DNA of 64,000 nt from Batkoa obscura. Lineage: Eukaryota. This document shows, in pieces, positions 1 to 12,135 of this stretch. The notes beneath the pieces were generated by a model. The model saw only the letters and a list, made by a program, of their open reading frames with translations, was not told the DNA's origin and did no database searches. The stretch is taken from contig JASVEC010000011.1 in NCBI GenBank assembly GCA_030770535.1, forward strand, positions 1-64,000, written 5' to 3'. Positions within the stretch are counted from its first letter, which is position 1, and each line of letters opens with the position of its first letter. Made by a program: the position numbers and the translations under genes.

Positions 1-688
1 TTAACCCTAACCCTAACCCTAACCCTAACCCTAACCCTAACCCTAACCCTAACCCTAACCCTAACCCTAACCCTAACCCTAACCCTAACCCTAACCCTAA
101 CCCTAACCCTAACCCTAACCCTAACCCTAACCCTAACCCTAACCCTAACCCTAACCCTAACCCTAACCCTAACCCTAACCCTAACCCTAACCCTAACCCT
201 AACCCTAACCCTAACCCTAACCCTAACCCTAACCCTAACCCTAACCCTAACCCTAACCCTAACCCTAACCCTAACCCTAACCCTAACCCTAACCCTAACC
301 CTAACCCTAACCCTAACCCTAACCCTAACCCTAACCCTAACCCTAACCCTAACCCTAACCCTAACCCTAACCCTAACCCTAACCCTAACCCTAACCCTAA
401 CCCTAACCCTAACCCTAACCCTAACCCTAACCCTAACCCTAACCCTAACCCTAACCCTAACCCTAACCCTAACCCTAACCCTAACCCTAACCCTAACCCT
501 AACCCTAACCCTAACCCTAACCCTAACCCTAACCCTAACCCTAACCCTAACCCTAACCCTAACCCTAACCCTAACCCTAACCCTAACCCTAACCCTAACC
601 CTAACCCTAACCCTAACCCTAACCCTAACCCTAACCCTAACCCTAACCCTAACCCTAACCCTAACCCTAACCCTAACCCTAACCCTAA
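1..688. repeat. Telomeric repeat array (TAACCC)n, i.e. TTAGGG on the minus strand; chromosome end
   Basis: Uninterrupted hexamer array from the first bases to 688, about 114 units. Confidence 0.99.
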
Positions 689-698
689 AAATATCCCT

Positions 699-1499
699 TG
701 TGAAATATTGGTTTATTAGCTCTCGAATTGATTATAACACAACAATCACTTAAGTTGCTGTATTCTCAAGTTCAAATACAATCAAATCAGAGTTCCTTAT
801 TTTGATTTGCTGCGAGAATTTTTAACTTCATATTGCAAAGAATATTATCCTCTCGTTTTGATATCCATACTTATTGGAGTATAAAAGAGATTCTTCAATA
901 TGATAACTCCAGGCTTTTTTAATTGGATTACTCCCTGATAACGTATCGTTAATAAAGTCACTAAGTCTTTCTGACAACATCTTATATAGATTTTACGGTA
1001 GTATCTTCCATTGTATTTGTTTACATAATTCGTAGCTTGTTACGTACTATTTTTATTAAGTTAAGTCTATCTTAGTTACATAAACTAAGACCCTTCGACT
1101 CAAGGCAAGTTAATTAAGCAAGAGTAGCTTTTAACTTCGACCACTAAGTATCGACTTTCACAAAGTTACGAACTATGTAAAACAAATAGAATAGAAAATA
1201 CTACTGTAAAATCTACGTAAGATATTGTCAGAAAGACTTAGTGGCTTTATTAATAGTACGATCTTAGGGATTAGTTCAGTTAAAAAGCCTCGAGTTATCA
1301 TGAAGAATCTCTTTTATACTCCAATAAGTATGGATATTAATACGAGAGGATGTTATTCCTTACAATATGAAGTTAGGAATTCTCGTAGCAAATCAAAGTA
1401 AGGGACTCTGACTTGATTGTATTTGAACTTGAGAACACAGCAACTTAAGTGATTGTTGTGTTATAATCAATCCGAGAGCTAATAAACCAATATTTCACA
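699..1499. repeat. Long imperfect inverted repeat (foldback); arms ~699-1040 and ~1160-1499, ~120-nt spacer
   Basis: TGTGAAATATTGGTTTATTAGCTCTCG at 699 is the reverse complement of CGAGAGCTAATAAACCAATATTTCACA ending at 1499. Hand alignment runs ~340 bp with about 35 substitutions and a few short indels. Confidence 0.97.
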
Positions 1500-1560
1500 G
1501 CATTTAGAAATAAAAAAATACCCCATATAATTATATGAAAGTTTTAAAACTTAAATAAAA

Positions 1561-1663
1561 TATGGGGTGCTTTTTTTGGTTTTGTTATTTTTTCCATTTT
1601 TAAGCATTATTTGAGTGGAAAGATTGTTAGTAAAATTATTATACAAAAAAAAACATCACCATA
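1561..1663 (+). mobile_element. ~100-bp MITE-like element, family 1, copy A
   Basis: TATGGGGTGCTTTTT...AAAAAACATCACCATA termini; shared core TTTTCCATTTTTAAGC...TTGAGTGGAAAGATTGTTAGTAAAATT. Confidence 0.85.
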
Positions 1664-1963
1664 TAGTATTTTTTTTAATTATTTATTAAATTTTAATTTT
1701 TTATAGCTTTTAATAAAAAACCATTTTTTTATATTTTATTATTTTTATAAATTATAAATGATAGTATTTACAAAATTTTTTTAAAATTATTAATTATTAA
1801 AACATTCTAAAAATTTTACTTACATTTATCATAAATGATACTTTTATAAAATTTAAAATTCAATATCAAAATAAATAATTTTTAATAAATTTTTAAAGGC
1901 TAAATTTTTATTTAAATGTTTATAAACAAAGAATATAGATTTAAGTTCAGATTAAAAACTATA

Positions 1964-2168
1964 TATGAGGATATTTTTTTTGGTTTCATCACTTTTTCCA
2001 TTTTTTAAGCACTATTTGAGTGGAAAGATTGTTAGTAAAATTCCTAAACAAAAAAATACATCCCCATATAAGATGTTTTTTTTATTCATGGCTTTTTCTA
2101 CTTTTAAGTGATATTTGAGTAAGAAAATTGTTAATGGAAATTCTTAAACAAAAAAATGCATTCCCATA
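1964..2168 (+). mobile_element. Two tandem family 1 MITE-like copies (B 1964-2068, C ~2069-2168)
   Basis: Same core and the ATACATCCCCATA / ATGCATTCCCATA right termini; copy C is more diverged. Confidence 0.85.
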
Positions 2169-2484
2169 TTAAGTTTCTAGTTTCAAATGTTTGTATGCTA
2201 TAATTTTATCAGTTTTAAAGCTTACTATTAAATATACATTGTAAATTTTGGATTAACGTTTTATTTTAAATCTATTAATTCTAAACATTATACCGTTATA
2301 TATTAGATTATTATTTTTAATTACCAAATCTATAACTAAAAATATTTGTAAAAATTAAATATCTTTATTAATTAATATTGATAACCTATGTTTATTTAAA
2401 ATAATAAATCTTTAACAATTAAAAAATTTAAATTAAATATATTAATATGTTTAATGGTCATGTATGTTATAGGGGTAAGTAAGC

Positions 2485-3517
2485 TTATTCAACTTTAAGA
2501 TTTGTGTTATTAGTTATTGTATCTTTGCTAATTGGCTTCCTTTTGGGTTTTCTCAATACTCTCATTAAATAATTATTGACTATGACCACTGACCATACTG
2601 TATTTAAAAGCCCAAGGACAAAGATAAAGAATGAAGATAAAGCTGTGATTATAAATGGTATCTTTGATAAATTTGAGCGTAAAATAAAATACTTCTCTTC
2701 CCAAGTAAGTGAATTAAGGATTATATTACTTGGTAAACTTGTATCATAATTTGCTAATAACGTTGTTGAATAAGGTGAAATATCCCCTGGATTATTTAAG
2801 GCGTAATAGAATAAAAATGGGGTAATAAACGATCTAAAAACCAAGAAAAATATTGCTCTAAAGAACAACCCATAAGAATATAATAGGGAATCTTTCATCT
2901 CTATACGTTGTAAAACCCATACAAGGTTAGTTGGAATAACAGTAATTTCTGTTATAGTAAAAATCAATGGGAAAAAAGCTCCTTTTCTATACATCTATTC
3001 AAAAATAAATAAACAAATTTAAATAAAGCTAAATAAACTTACCGGCATAAGAATTGAGCCTATTAACCCAACTAAATGGTGCACCCACATTGAAACTTCT
3101 TCTTTTGGTTTTGTGAGCATTACTCCCATATCGTATATAGTATATCCAACATATGAAGAAAACAAAAGGTCAATGATTTGTGGATATGGGTCAATTATGT
3201 TTCCTTCAAATACTTTTTCCAAAAAAATGATGTAAATTCCTAAAGCACCAACAATTAAGCCATTTACTGCAGAAGGGAATCTAAAAAACACGACAATTAA
3301 TACTTATTACTTATAAAAAATTGTTAATTATAACACACGCATTACACAAAAATATCTAGCTAATGAATGCTTACTTTTCAGGCAGATCAATTCGATCTTC
3401 AATGCTTAGTTTTGCTAATATCTTTTCATCTATTTTAGAAACAAAGTATCGTTCTGATAATAAGTGAAGAAGTAAATAAAATAGAGCAAAATATAAAACA
3501 GTAAAAAATGACAACAT
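2485..3517 (-). CDS. TLC (TRAM/LAG1/CLN8) domain membrane protein, 3 exons
   Basis: Spliced MLSFFTVLYF...DLPEKFPSAVNG...GYTIYD...MWVHHL...TEITVIPTNL...FRAI; typical TLC motifs and several hydrophobic segments. Confidence 0.8.
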
Positions 3518-3922
3518 TTTAAAAAAATAATTTTTAGTTTACTTTGTTTACTTGTTTATATAGTTTTTGAAGTATAATAATCCCCCTTATTCGATTTACA
3601 TTCCATTTTTCCTTCCATGATCCCCATATAATATAATTTAAATCACATTTTTTCGATCTCTGTTAGACATTACATCATAATTGTAATAAGTTATGTTTAG
3701 AAAGTATAATTTAAAGACAGATGTATTAAATTAAGAAATAAATTTGTCAATAAAGGAAAATTAAGGTTGAATGCACTTATATTTAAATTAAAGGGAGTTG
3801 CATAATTAAAATGTTAATAAAAATACTAGACTAAACTGTTAATTATAAGTGAAGAACAACAGCAGTAACAATAACAATAACACTTTTATTATTTTTTTTA
3901 GCAATTAAATAGAATACACCGT

Positions 3923-5641
3923 CTATTGATCTTCAAACAAATCATAAGTCTCCTTTGTCGGTATAAGCTTCAGATCATGTAGCATACTATGAAGATGTTT
4001 ATACGCATTTTGTATCTTACTTTTTTCCTTATAGGATCTAATAATATAATAATATAACTCTGGAGTTGGAATAAAGCCATGAGTGTTAATCATCTCATCA
4101 AGGGTAGTCTCAAGCTCATAAAACAAATGTTTGGTAGCATATTCTCTAATAAGCATAGTATAAGTATGCTCAGAGTAAAATATGGGCCTATCATTAACCA
4201 TCATTTTGCGCAATAGCTCTTGTGTTAGACTTAAATTTCGAATACTTAAACTGTATTTTAAAAAGGAATTGAGATAGCTGATCTTTAAATTATTGGGTAA
4301 GCTTGATAGTACATCATCAAAATCTCCAGCTGATATTAAACTATTCTTTAATTCATCATTAATTTTCTCTACTAAAGGTAAAGTTATATTAGTGCCCTCT
4401 TTAGACTCGCTTAAAACATTTAATACTGATATATATACCCTGGGATCAAGTTTACGATTAATAGCGGATACTTTGGAAAATAATCTATAGGAAAGTCCAT
4501 AATCTCCTTTTTGTCGCAAGAAACATATTGCTCTATTAACAAATAAAGAAGTTGGCATTGTTTTAAACTTTGCCAAATGGAATAACCAAGGTTCTATTTC
4601 ATCTTGGTAATTGTTATATATTAAATAATCTAAAAGCAAATCACATAGCTCGGTGTTAGGCCTAATGTTTTGTAGGTGTACTTGTTTGGTTAACATTTCT
4701 TCAATTAGTAAATTGATATGATTTAAATTGTATTTATCAAAAGTAATATTATTATCATTCTTCTTCTTATTGTTGGTGTTGTTTTGTTCAAAATAAATTG
4801 ATAATAATAAAGTTAACTCATTCAAAGAAGACTTGGGAAACCATCTATCATAAATAGTATTAACGAACATTAAATCATTAAAGCAAATCCTTCTGAAAAA
4901 ATATTCTCTTATTTTGAATGGAATCAAATCAAAACTTTGGATATCTAACATTGTTAATATTTTGCTTTCTATAGTATATATCCAACTTTTATTGATGGTT
5001 CGCCTTTTGATCAACACTTGTAAAACAATCAATATCAAAAGCTTATCTATATCATAATTTCTGTTTTTTTCCATCAGTATTGATTTCTTTCTACCAAATT
5101 GCTTATATTTTAGCAACCAAAAAATTGAAGGGTTCATGGATAATTTAGGTGAAATAAGGGACACTATACTAAATAATTGGTCAACTTCCTCTTTATCTAA
5201 TTCATATTGAAGTTTGATTAATATATTAAACATTTTGCTGTTGTTTAATTTATCTTGCAATATTAAATTATAGATAAAATCATTTATTTCTGAAGCTTTG
5301 TAATACGCCAGCTCTTCTTTCGATAATCGCCCTTGATTCCTTAAAATACATCTATTGTCATTTTCTATATCTATTTTCTTCGTATTATTTGGACCATTCC
5401 CACTCAAAAACTTGACAAAATCTTCTCTACTTTCAACTAATGATTTAAACTTCCCCTCTTCGCTATTTGTATCCTTTTCTGTATTGTTATATAAAGTAAT
5501 ACCTACTTCCACATTGGCTGCTGTATAGTTCCTAATCAAGATTGTTCTCCTCTTTCTATAAACTTTAACTAAGGGCGAAAATAATTTATCTCTTGTGTTC
5601 CTTAAATTAATTATACAAATATTATAATTTAAATAAAGCAT
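3923..5641 (-). CDS. Probable mitochondrial pentatricopeptide-repeat (PPR-like) protein, intronless
   Basis: 572-aa ORF; basic N-terminus; C-terminal PPR-like units (HTYTMLIREYA...LDEMINTHGFIPTPELYYYIIRSY...PTKETY). Confidence 0.7.
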   Translation of the reverse strand: MLYLNYNICIINLRNTRDKLFSPLVKVYRKRRTILIRNYTAANVEVGITLYNNTEKDTNSEEGKFKSLVESREDFVKFLSGNGPNNTKKIDIENDNRCILRNQGRLSKEELAYYKASEINDFIYNLILQDKLNNSKMFNILIKLQYELDKEEVDQLFSIVSLISPKLSMNPSIFWLLKYKQFGRKKSILMEKNRNYDIDKLLILIVLQVLIKRRTINKSWIYTIESKILTMLDIQSFDLIPFKIREYFFRRICFNDLMFVNTIYDRWFPKSSLNELTLLLSIYFEQNNTNNKKKNDNNITFDKYNLNHINLLIEEMLTKQVHLQNIRPNTELCDLLLDYLIYNNYQDEIEPWLFHLAKFKTMPTSLFVNRAICFLRQKGDYGLSYRLFSKVSAINRKLDPRVYISVLNVLSESKEGTNITLPLVEKINDELKNSLISAGDFDDVLSSLPNNLKISYLNSFLKYSLSIRNLSLTQELLRKMMVNDRPIFYSEHTYTMLIREYATKHLFYELETTLDEMINTHGFIPTPELYYYIIRSYKEKSKIQNAYKHLHSMLHDLKLIPTKETYDLFEDQ

Positions 5642-5721
5642 TTAAAAAAAATTATGGATTGAAATCCAAAATTGATTTGAACAATTATTTTTTTAAAATT
5701 CATTTTTTCTAAAATTTTAAA

Positions 5722-8416
5722 ATGGGTAGAAGGAATCGAGCAGTACTTCTTGGGAATAACCTTCCGCAATTACAAAATCTTATCAAAAGAGATCCAGAAA
5801 GTTATAAAGAAGAATTTCTTCAACAGTATAGACATTTTGAAAGTAGTTTAAGTTTGTTTGAGCTCAAACCAGATGCCGAAAACAAAGAACTCGGGGACCT
5901 AATCATGTTTCTTTCACAAGTTGTAAAACTTTACCAAGAACAAGCAAAAGTTTTTCCTAATCAATTAATTGAACTATTGACAAAGTTTCATATGGTACTA
6001 TGCCCAGATCTTCGTAAATCAATTGTACAGTCTTTAATTTTACTTAAGAATAAGGGAGTAATTGAAAGCATGGAGTAAGGTTTTAGCTAGTTAATTTTCT
6101 ATCATACATTAATATATTTTTTAGTTTACTTTCATTGTTCTTCACACTTTTTCGTTGTAAAGATAAGCTTTTGAGAGAGATCCTTTACACCTTTATCATT
6201 AATGATATAAAGGATGCCAATTCAAAACATAAGGATAATAGACTTAATAAGACTTTACAAAACTTTCTCTATTCAATATTTCAAAAAGCTCAAGGTTTAG
6301 GCAACAATATTAATGCATCTGATGGCAGTGAAAATGTCATAGCTGCTAAGAAATCTTTACAAGTATGTATTGAACTTTATAGGAAAAATATCTGGTAAGT
6401 AAATAAAAAAAACACCTACTAGAAACTAATTTAATTTAGGAATGACAAAAAGACAGTTAATGTTATTGCTGAGGCTTGTTTATCCCCTATAGGAACCCTT
6501 GTATTCCCTGCTGCTCATTTTTTCCTCGGAAATAATGAAACAGAGGACTCCGATGACGAAGACGAAGTAACTTAACTAAAACATGATTAATTTAATATTT
6601 ATTAATATTTAATCCTTAGATTGATATTAGACAATTAGATCATCAGTCGCAAATCAATAAAAAAACGAAAGCAAGAGCTAGAAAAAGAGAAAAGGCAGTT
6701 GCTTCCTTAAAAAGGGTATATTTTAATTTAATTTGAATTGATTTATAAATTTGACAACCGTTTTAGAGAGAAAGAAAAGGAAAGAAAGCAGAAGTATTCA
6801 ATTTCTCTGCATTACATCTTATTAATGACCCACAAGGTTTCTTTTTTTCTTTAAAAATTATTTTTTACTAAAACAGATTATACAGGTTTTGCAGAAAAGC
6901 TTTTTGCTCGTTTAAATAAGGCTGGAAATGAAGGCTTTGAATTAAAATTGATCCTTATGAAACTTATAGCAAGAATAATCGGCATACACAAGTTGATTTT
7001 ACTAGGGTTCTATCCTTACCTTATTAAATATATACAACCTCATCAAAGAGATGTCACTCAAGTATTAGCTTTAACTGCACAGTCATGTCATGAAATTGTC
7101 CCACCTGAAACGTTAGAGCCTTTACTTTCGGCAATTACTAAGAATTTTGTTTCAGAAAATATGTCTAATGAAGTTATTTCTGCAGGGTAAATTTATTTGC
7201 TAAGCATTAAGCTTGTTTAAATTAATCTTTTATTTTAGTATCAATTCAATTAGAGAAATTTGTGCTCGTGCACCATTGATTATGAATGAAGATTTATTAC
7301 AAGATCTTACCGAATATAAAAAGACCAAAGACAAATCAGTTGTTATGGCATCTCGTTCTCTTATACAATTATTCCGAGAAATAAATCCGTCCTTACTTAA
7401 AAAGAAGGACCGTGGGCGTGATGCTACTGTTGCTAAAATTTCTGGAAATGAAGCTAAAGTACTTAAATATGGTGAGATCCAAACAGCTGAAGGAATATCT
7501 GGTATAGAATACCTTGAGTCAAGTGGTTCAGAAAATGATGACGATGGTATAGATGGTGAGGAAAATGACGACGATGGTATAGATGGTGAGGAAAATGACG
7601 ACGATGATGAAGAGCAAGAAGATGAAGAAGAAGAAGAAGAAGAAGAAGAAGAAGAAGAAGAAGAAGAAGAGGAGGAGGAGGAGGAGTTGGAAGAAGGTAT
7701 GGATAACGTAGTTGACAATACAGAAGGTATGAAAGATGCTAGTTTTTATAAACAACTTTTTAACATTAAATAGATTCTAAAGAAGAAGGAAAAGTACAAA
7801 AGAAAGTGAGAGTAGATGCCCTTAGAGTAAATAATTTATAAACTAGTTTAATAATAATTTAATCATTTTTAGATCTTGACGGATGAAGATTTTAAGCTTA
7901 TTAAAAAGAAGCAAAGGAACGTATCAATGAATTTAGATAAAAATCATGGGATAAAAAGAAAATCCAAGGGTGAAAGGTAATTAATAAATAGTTCAATTTT
8001 TAACCATTCCAACCTATTTTATAGTGATTCTGAAGATGATTCTGAAGCTTCTGGTGATGATAAAAATGGCGAAGTCGTTGATGAATCTGCTATCACTAGG
8101 TTCCACAAAAAGCCCAAGCAAGATTATCAACAGAGAATGGAATCTATTCAAGCTGGTAGAGAAGGTCGTGCAAAATTCGGCTCAAACTTTTCTAAAAAAA
8201 CCGATAAGCATAGTACAACAAATCGTCAAAAGAAGCGTGGTAAAAATTTCCTAATGGTTGCCCATAAAAAAGGAGTTTTACAAAAATCTAAAATGTCTTT
8301 AAGAGATAAACAAGTAACTATTCTTGTTTTTATTAATAATTTATTTTTAATCATCTTAATTTTTTTAGACTCAACTACGTACTCGTATTGAAAAACAAAA
8401 GAAAAGAAAACATTAA
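5722..8416 (+). CDS. SDA1: SDA1 60S ribosome biogenesis factor, multi-exon
   Basis: [20 protein letters not shown] start, LLKKKDRGR, acidic tract, and [16 protein letters not shown]-terminal motif. Confidence 0.96.
7531..7686 (+). repeat. 30-bp tandem duplication plus (GAA)n/(GAG)n microsatellite encoding the SDA1 acidic tract
   Basis: GAAAATGA(T/C)GACGATGGTATAGATGGTGAG twice, followed by a GAA/GAG run. Confidence 0.9.
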
Positions 8417-8656
8417 GAAAAAAGCCAAGTTAGTTTTGATTTCGATGCTATCAATTACTCTAAAATTTAGGATAGGATAGTTTATAGAATCCTATTCTCT
8501 TTTATAGTTATATGATCTTATTGAATTTTTAATAGACCTTTAATAGTAATAAAAATTATTATTATATTTGAGATATAAATTATAAATTATAAATATATTT
8601 ATTCTATTGCTTCAAAATCAAAAATGAGAACCAAGATTTTAGTAATTAAATATTTA

Positions 8657-11600
8657 TTATTCATTAATATGATTAATAGCTGGTTTCATTTCTTCTTCAA
8701 TTGGTTCGATTAATTCTCTTGGCAAAGTCCGATGTAAAAGTGAAGTTAAAGTTTGACTTTTTGATAAATACCCTTGTCTAAAATAATGTTGAGTATAAAA
8801 TCAAAAATAACAAATAATGTGTTAATATTTTACCTTTTTAATAAAATTTCCAAATCCGAATTTTCAATTGTCTTCCTTCCTGCATGTTTAGAATAATAGG
8901 TTAAATGTTGAGCTGTTTGTTCAAAATACAAATAAGTCGCCCTATTTAATGCAGTAATACTATCTCTAGATAAATGAAGTCTATTTATACTACTACTTAG
9001 ACTATGTTCTGCAATGTTCTTTAAGAGCTTCCCTGGGAGATTTGGGACTTCCATACCACTAGCAGATCTTGAAACTAATTTAGTCTTTAAGGATTGTTTT
9101 CATTTAAAATTTACCTATATGTAGTCATTCCTTTACTACTGGAAGGGTTGGTTAAGGATTTAAACCTAATGTCTTTCATATCAAGCAATGAGGTGGGAGA
9201 TTCGTTCTCTTTATCTTCATGTTTTTCAAACATTCTCTTTGGCATTTTTAAACTTGTTTCTACTAAAAGATTCATATCAACATCTTTATCAGAGAGCAAA
9301 TTATTAATATCTTGAATTAGAGATTCTATTTTTGATAGTGAATTAAGATCGCTGTTATCATCAGGTGGCGTTAATGGGTATACTTTATCATTATCGTTTC
9401 TCTGGAGCTCCAAATTTAACTTAGAATAATTAAACCCAATATCATCAAAATGATCCGCTTCTATATCAGCTCTATTCATATTATCAGTATCTAAAACATC
9501 GTCGATATCTTTAACAACCTGATTATTATTTACATCAAGTGCTGTTTCTTCCAACCTTTTTTCAATATTATTATTACTTATTTGAATTATATTATCCTCG
9601 ATTTGTTCTGAAATCACGTCTTCAACTTGAGCTTCATTTCCAGCCTCCGTGCTATCTATGCTATCCTCGATTTGTATAGAAGCTTCTTGCTTTTTCTCTA
9701 GACTCAAATCATGAACTAAAGATGGTACTTTACTTTCCTCTTCTTGAAATGATATAGTTACTTCCTCATTAGCCAAATGACCGAATTGATTTATGCTCTC
9801 TTGATTTTCTTCAACCATCCCATCAATTTGGTTTAATCCCTCAACACTGTTTATATCACTAAATGTTAGTCCATGTACATCTTCTTCTTGGCTTTCAGTA
9901 TTCGTTAAAAAAATTTCATTTTCTTCATGTATGCTACTGAAATCCGATTTTTCTTCAACTTCTGTTTCAATGCTAGAAAAGACTTCTTGATTTTCGATTT
10001 CTGTCATCCTTTCACTTACCTCACCTTCAGTTGTATATGCTGAATCCACTAATACATTATCATTATCATTAGTTGAAGGTTCCACTTCAGGTAAAAATAC
10101 TTCTTCATGTAAAATTTTGGTAGTATATGAAGCCATATTATTATTAATTTCATCTACTATCTGTCTACTTGTATCAACTTCATTGCCGGTAATTGGAGTT
10201 ATTGTATTCTTTGGATAAACATTTGATTGGGAATTTTTGCCGCTGTCTTCGTTTACAAATGACACTTCATGTAAGTTTGAGTTATTCCCAGGATTCAAAT
10301 CAAAACCATTATTACTATTTATGGGACTCTTGGAGGATATATTATTTGTCTTATCTTTACTATTTTGTATAGATTCTTGGATAAGATTATGATTCAAAGA
10401 GCTGTATTGTAAATTTGGATCAATATATATGCTGTCATTATTTTCGAATTCTTTATTTATATCTTTACTTAAATCATAATTTGCTGCCAATCGATCTTTC
10501 ATTGTTTCATAGTTAAATTGATCTTTTTCCACTAAACCCATTTTATTAACCACATTAACCCCTTCCCCTAAATAATCATTATTGTTGTGTAATGATGAAA
10601 CATGATCTTGGTTGTTAAGACCTTGGTCACTTGGTTTTATACTATGATTGGAATAATAATTCTCGCTTTTATGTATTGATGACATATAACTTAAGTCATT
10701 GGCGCTATATTCACTTTGCCTTATACTTTGAGTAGAATACAGTCTTGATATATTACTTGGAGTAGATACATCTGATATTGGAGGTGCAGTTGATGGTGTT
10801 CTCTCACCAAATCCAAAAACATTATGTAATTCATTATCGATTTTAAGTGAATCTTCGTTAAATGAAACATCAGGCATCAAATTGTTAACAAGCGACTTTT
10901 CTGTGGATATATTGAAATCCTTTAATATTTTACTTACATCAACAAATGAATCATCAAAAATCTGTTCATCTGGCGTATCTGTTATTGTAATACTCTCTTG
11001 AAGTACAGATTCCGGAAGTCTACTTAAATAGTTGCCATTTTTTTCGACCTCCTTAAGCTTCCCTTTATCAATTACCAATTCCTTATAGTCACTGTCCATT
11101 GTAGTTACTGAGGCGCTTTTTTTGTTACTTGTTTCCAATAAACCTTGGGGATTTAATTTGGGCGAGGCTTTACGCTTATATGCTTTTTTATCACTTGTTT
11201 CCATAGCTATAATATAAATATCATTTCAAAGTAGTAAAATAATAATAATACCTTTAACTAGTAACCCCAATAATCCATGAGGAGGCTCTTCCGAATCAAG
11301 GACATCAGAATTTGTATCAAAATCTTCAATCAGAGTATTTGACATTTGTATACTGTCTTCTGGAGTTGGTGAGATATTCAATCTAGTATCTATATATGAT
11401 GATTCATTATATCTGGTACCCTGAGTTTTACTAACAACATTACTTTTGTTAATAGTTTTATTGCTTGATTCGAAAAATGAACTTCTTTTTATTCTATTGT
11501 AAGTCTAGAAGTAAAATGAGTTAATAGTTAAATGGCAAGTAAAAATTACTACATTTATAGTTGGGCTTAAATTCAGGTTAACACTTTTCTCGCTTATTGA

Positions 11601-11993
11601 ACTATTGGAACTCCTTCTTTGGTTTCTTACTGGGGTAGCTCCAAATATCCGTGTTCGAGTATTAAAAGCGTCATTCTGTTCTATACTATCAATCATAATG
11701 ATTTCTGTAGTATTTTCGCCATTTCGGGCTTTTGGATCGAAATCACTTATATCACCCTCATTTCTTTTACTTGAATCTTTATTAAAAGCAGTTGAAGATC
11801 CCAAATTCAAGTTTATTTTGCTTCTCTCATAATTTTTAAACCTATTTTGCTTTATTTGCTTATTATCTATTTCTTTTATTGGGTTTGTTGTATTAATATT
11901 TTTTATAGTTAATCTGCGTCGTAACGGCCTTTTTCTCCTATATCTTAATGAAGTCCCACTGCTAGGGCTTGAGTCTTTGTCACTCTCATCCAT
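8657..11993 (-). CDS. CENP-T/Cnp20-like kinetochore protein: long acidic disordered region plus C-terminal histone fold, ~5 exons
   Basis: C-terminal exons give YFEQTAQHLTYYSKHAGRKTIENSDLEILLKRQG...LLHRTLPREL, matching the CENP-T histone-fold signature. ORFs 11505-11993, 9111-11204 and 8830-9054 join through short introns. Confidence 0.8.
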
Positions 11994-12135
11994 TTTTATT
12001 AAAAAACGTATTTGAATTTGTTAAAGATCATTTTCATAAATAGAATTTGGGCATATAATTTTTATTGCCCGAAATCTTTCATATTTGACTCTAAAACTAT
12101 AAATTACGAAAGACACCAAAATAAAGTCAGTAACT

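Noticed and set aside
1..688. CRISPR array or other spaced repeat
   Set aside because: Pure hexamer telomere with no spacers; eukaryotic context and no cas genes.
1041..1159. Hammerhead ribozyme or viroid-like element in the foldback loop
   Set aside because: No CUGANGA core on either strand of the spacer.
7230..7755. Minus-strand poly-Ser and poly-Phe ORFs
   Set aside because: Antisense shadows of the SDA1 GAA/GAT repeats.
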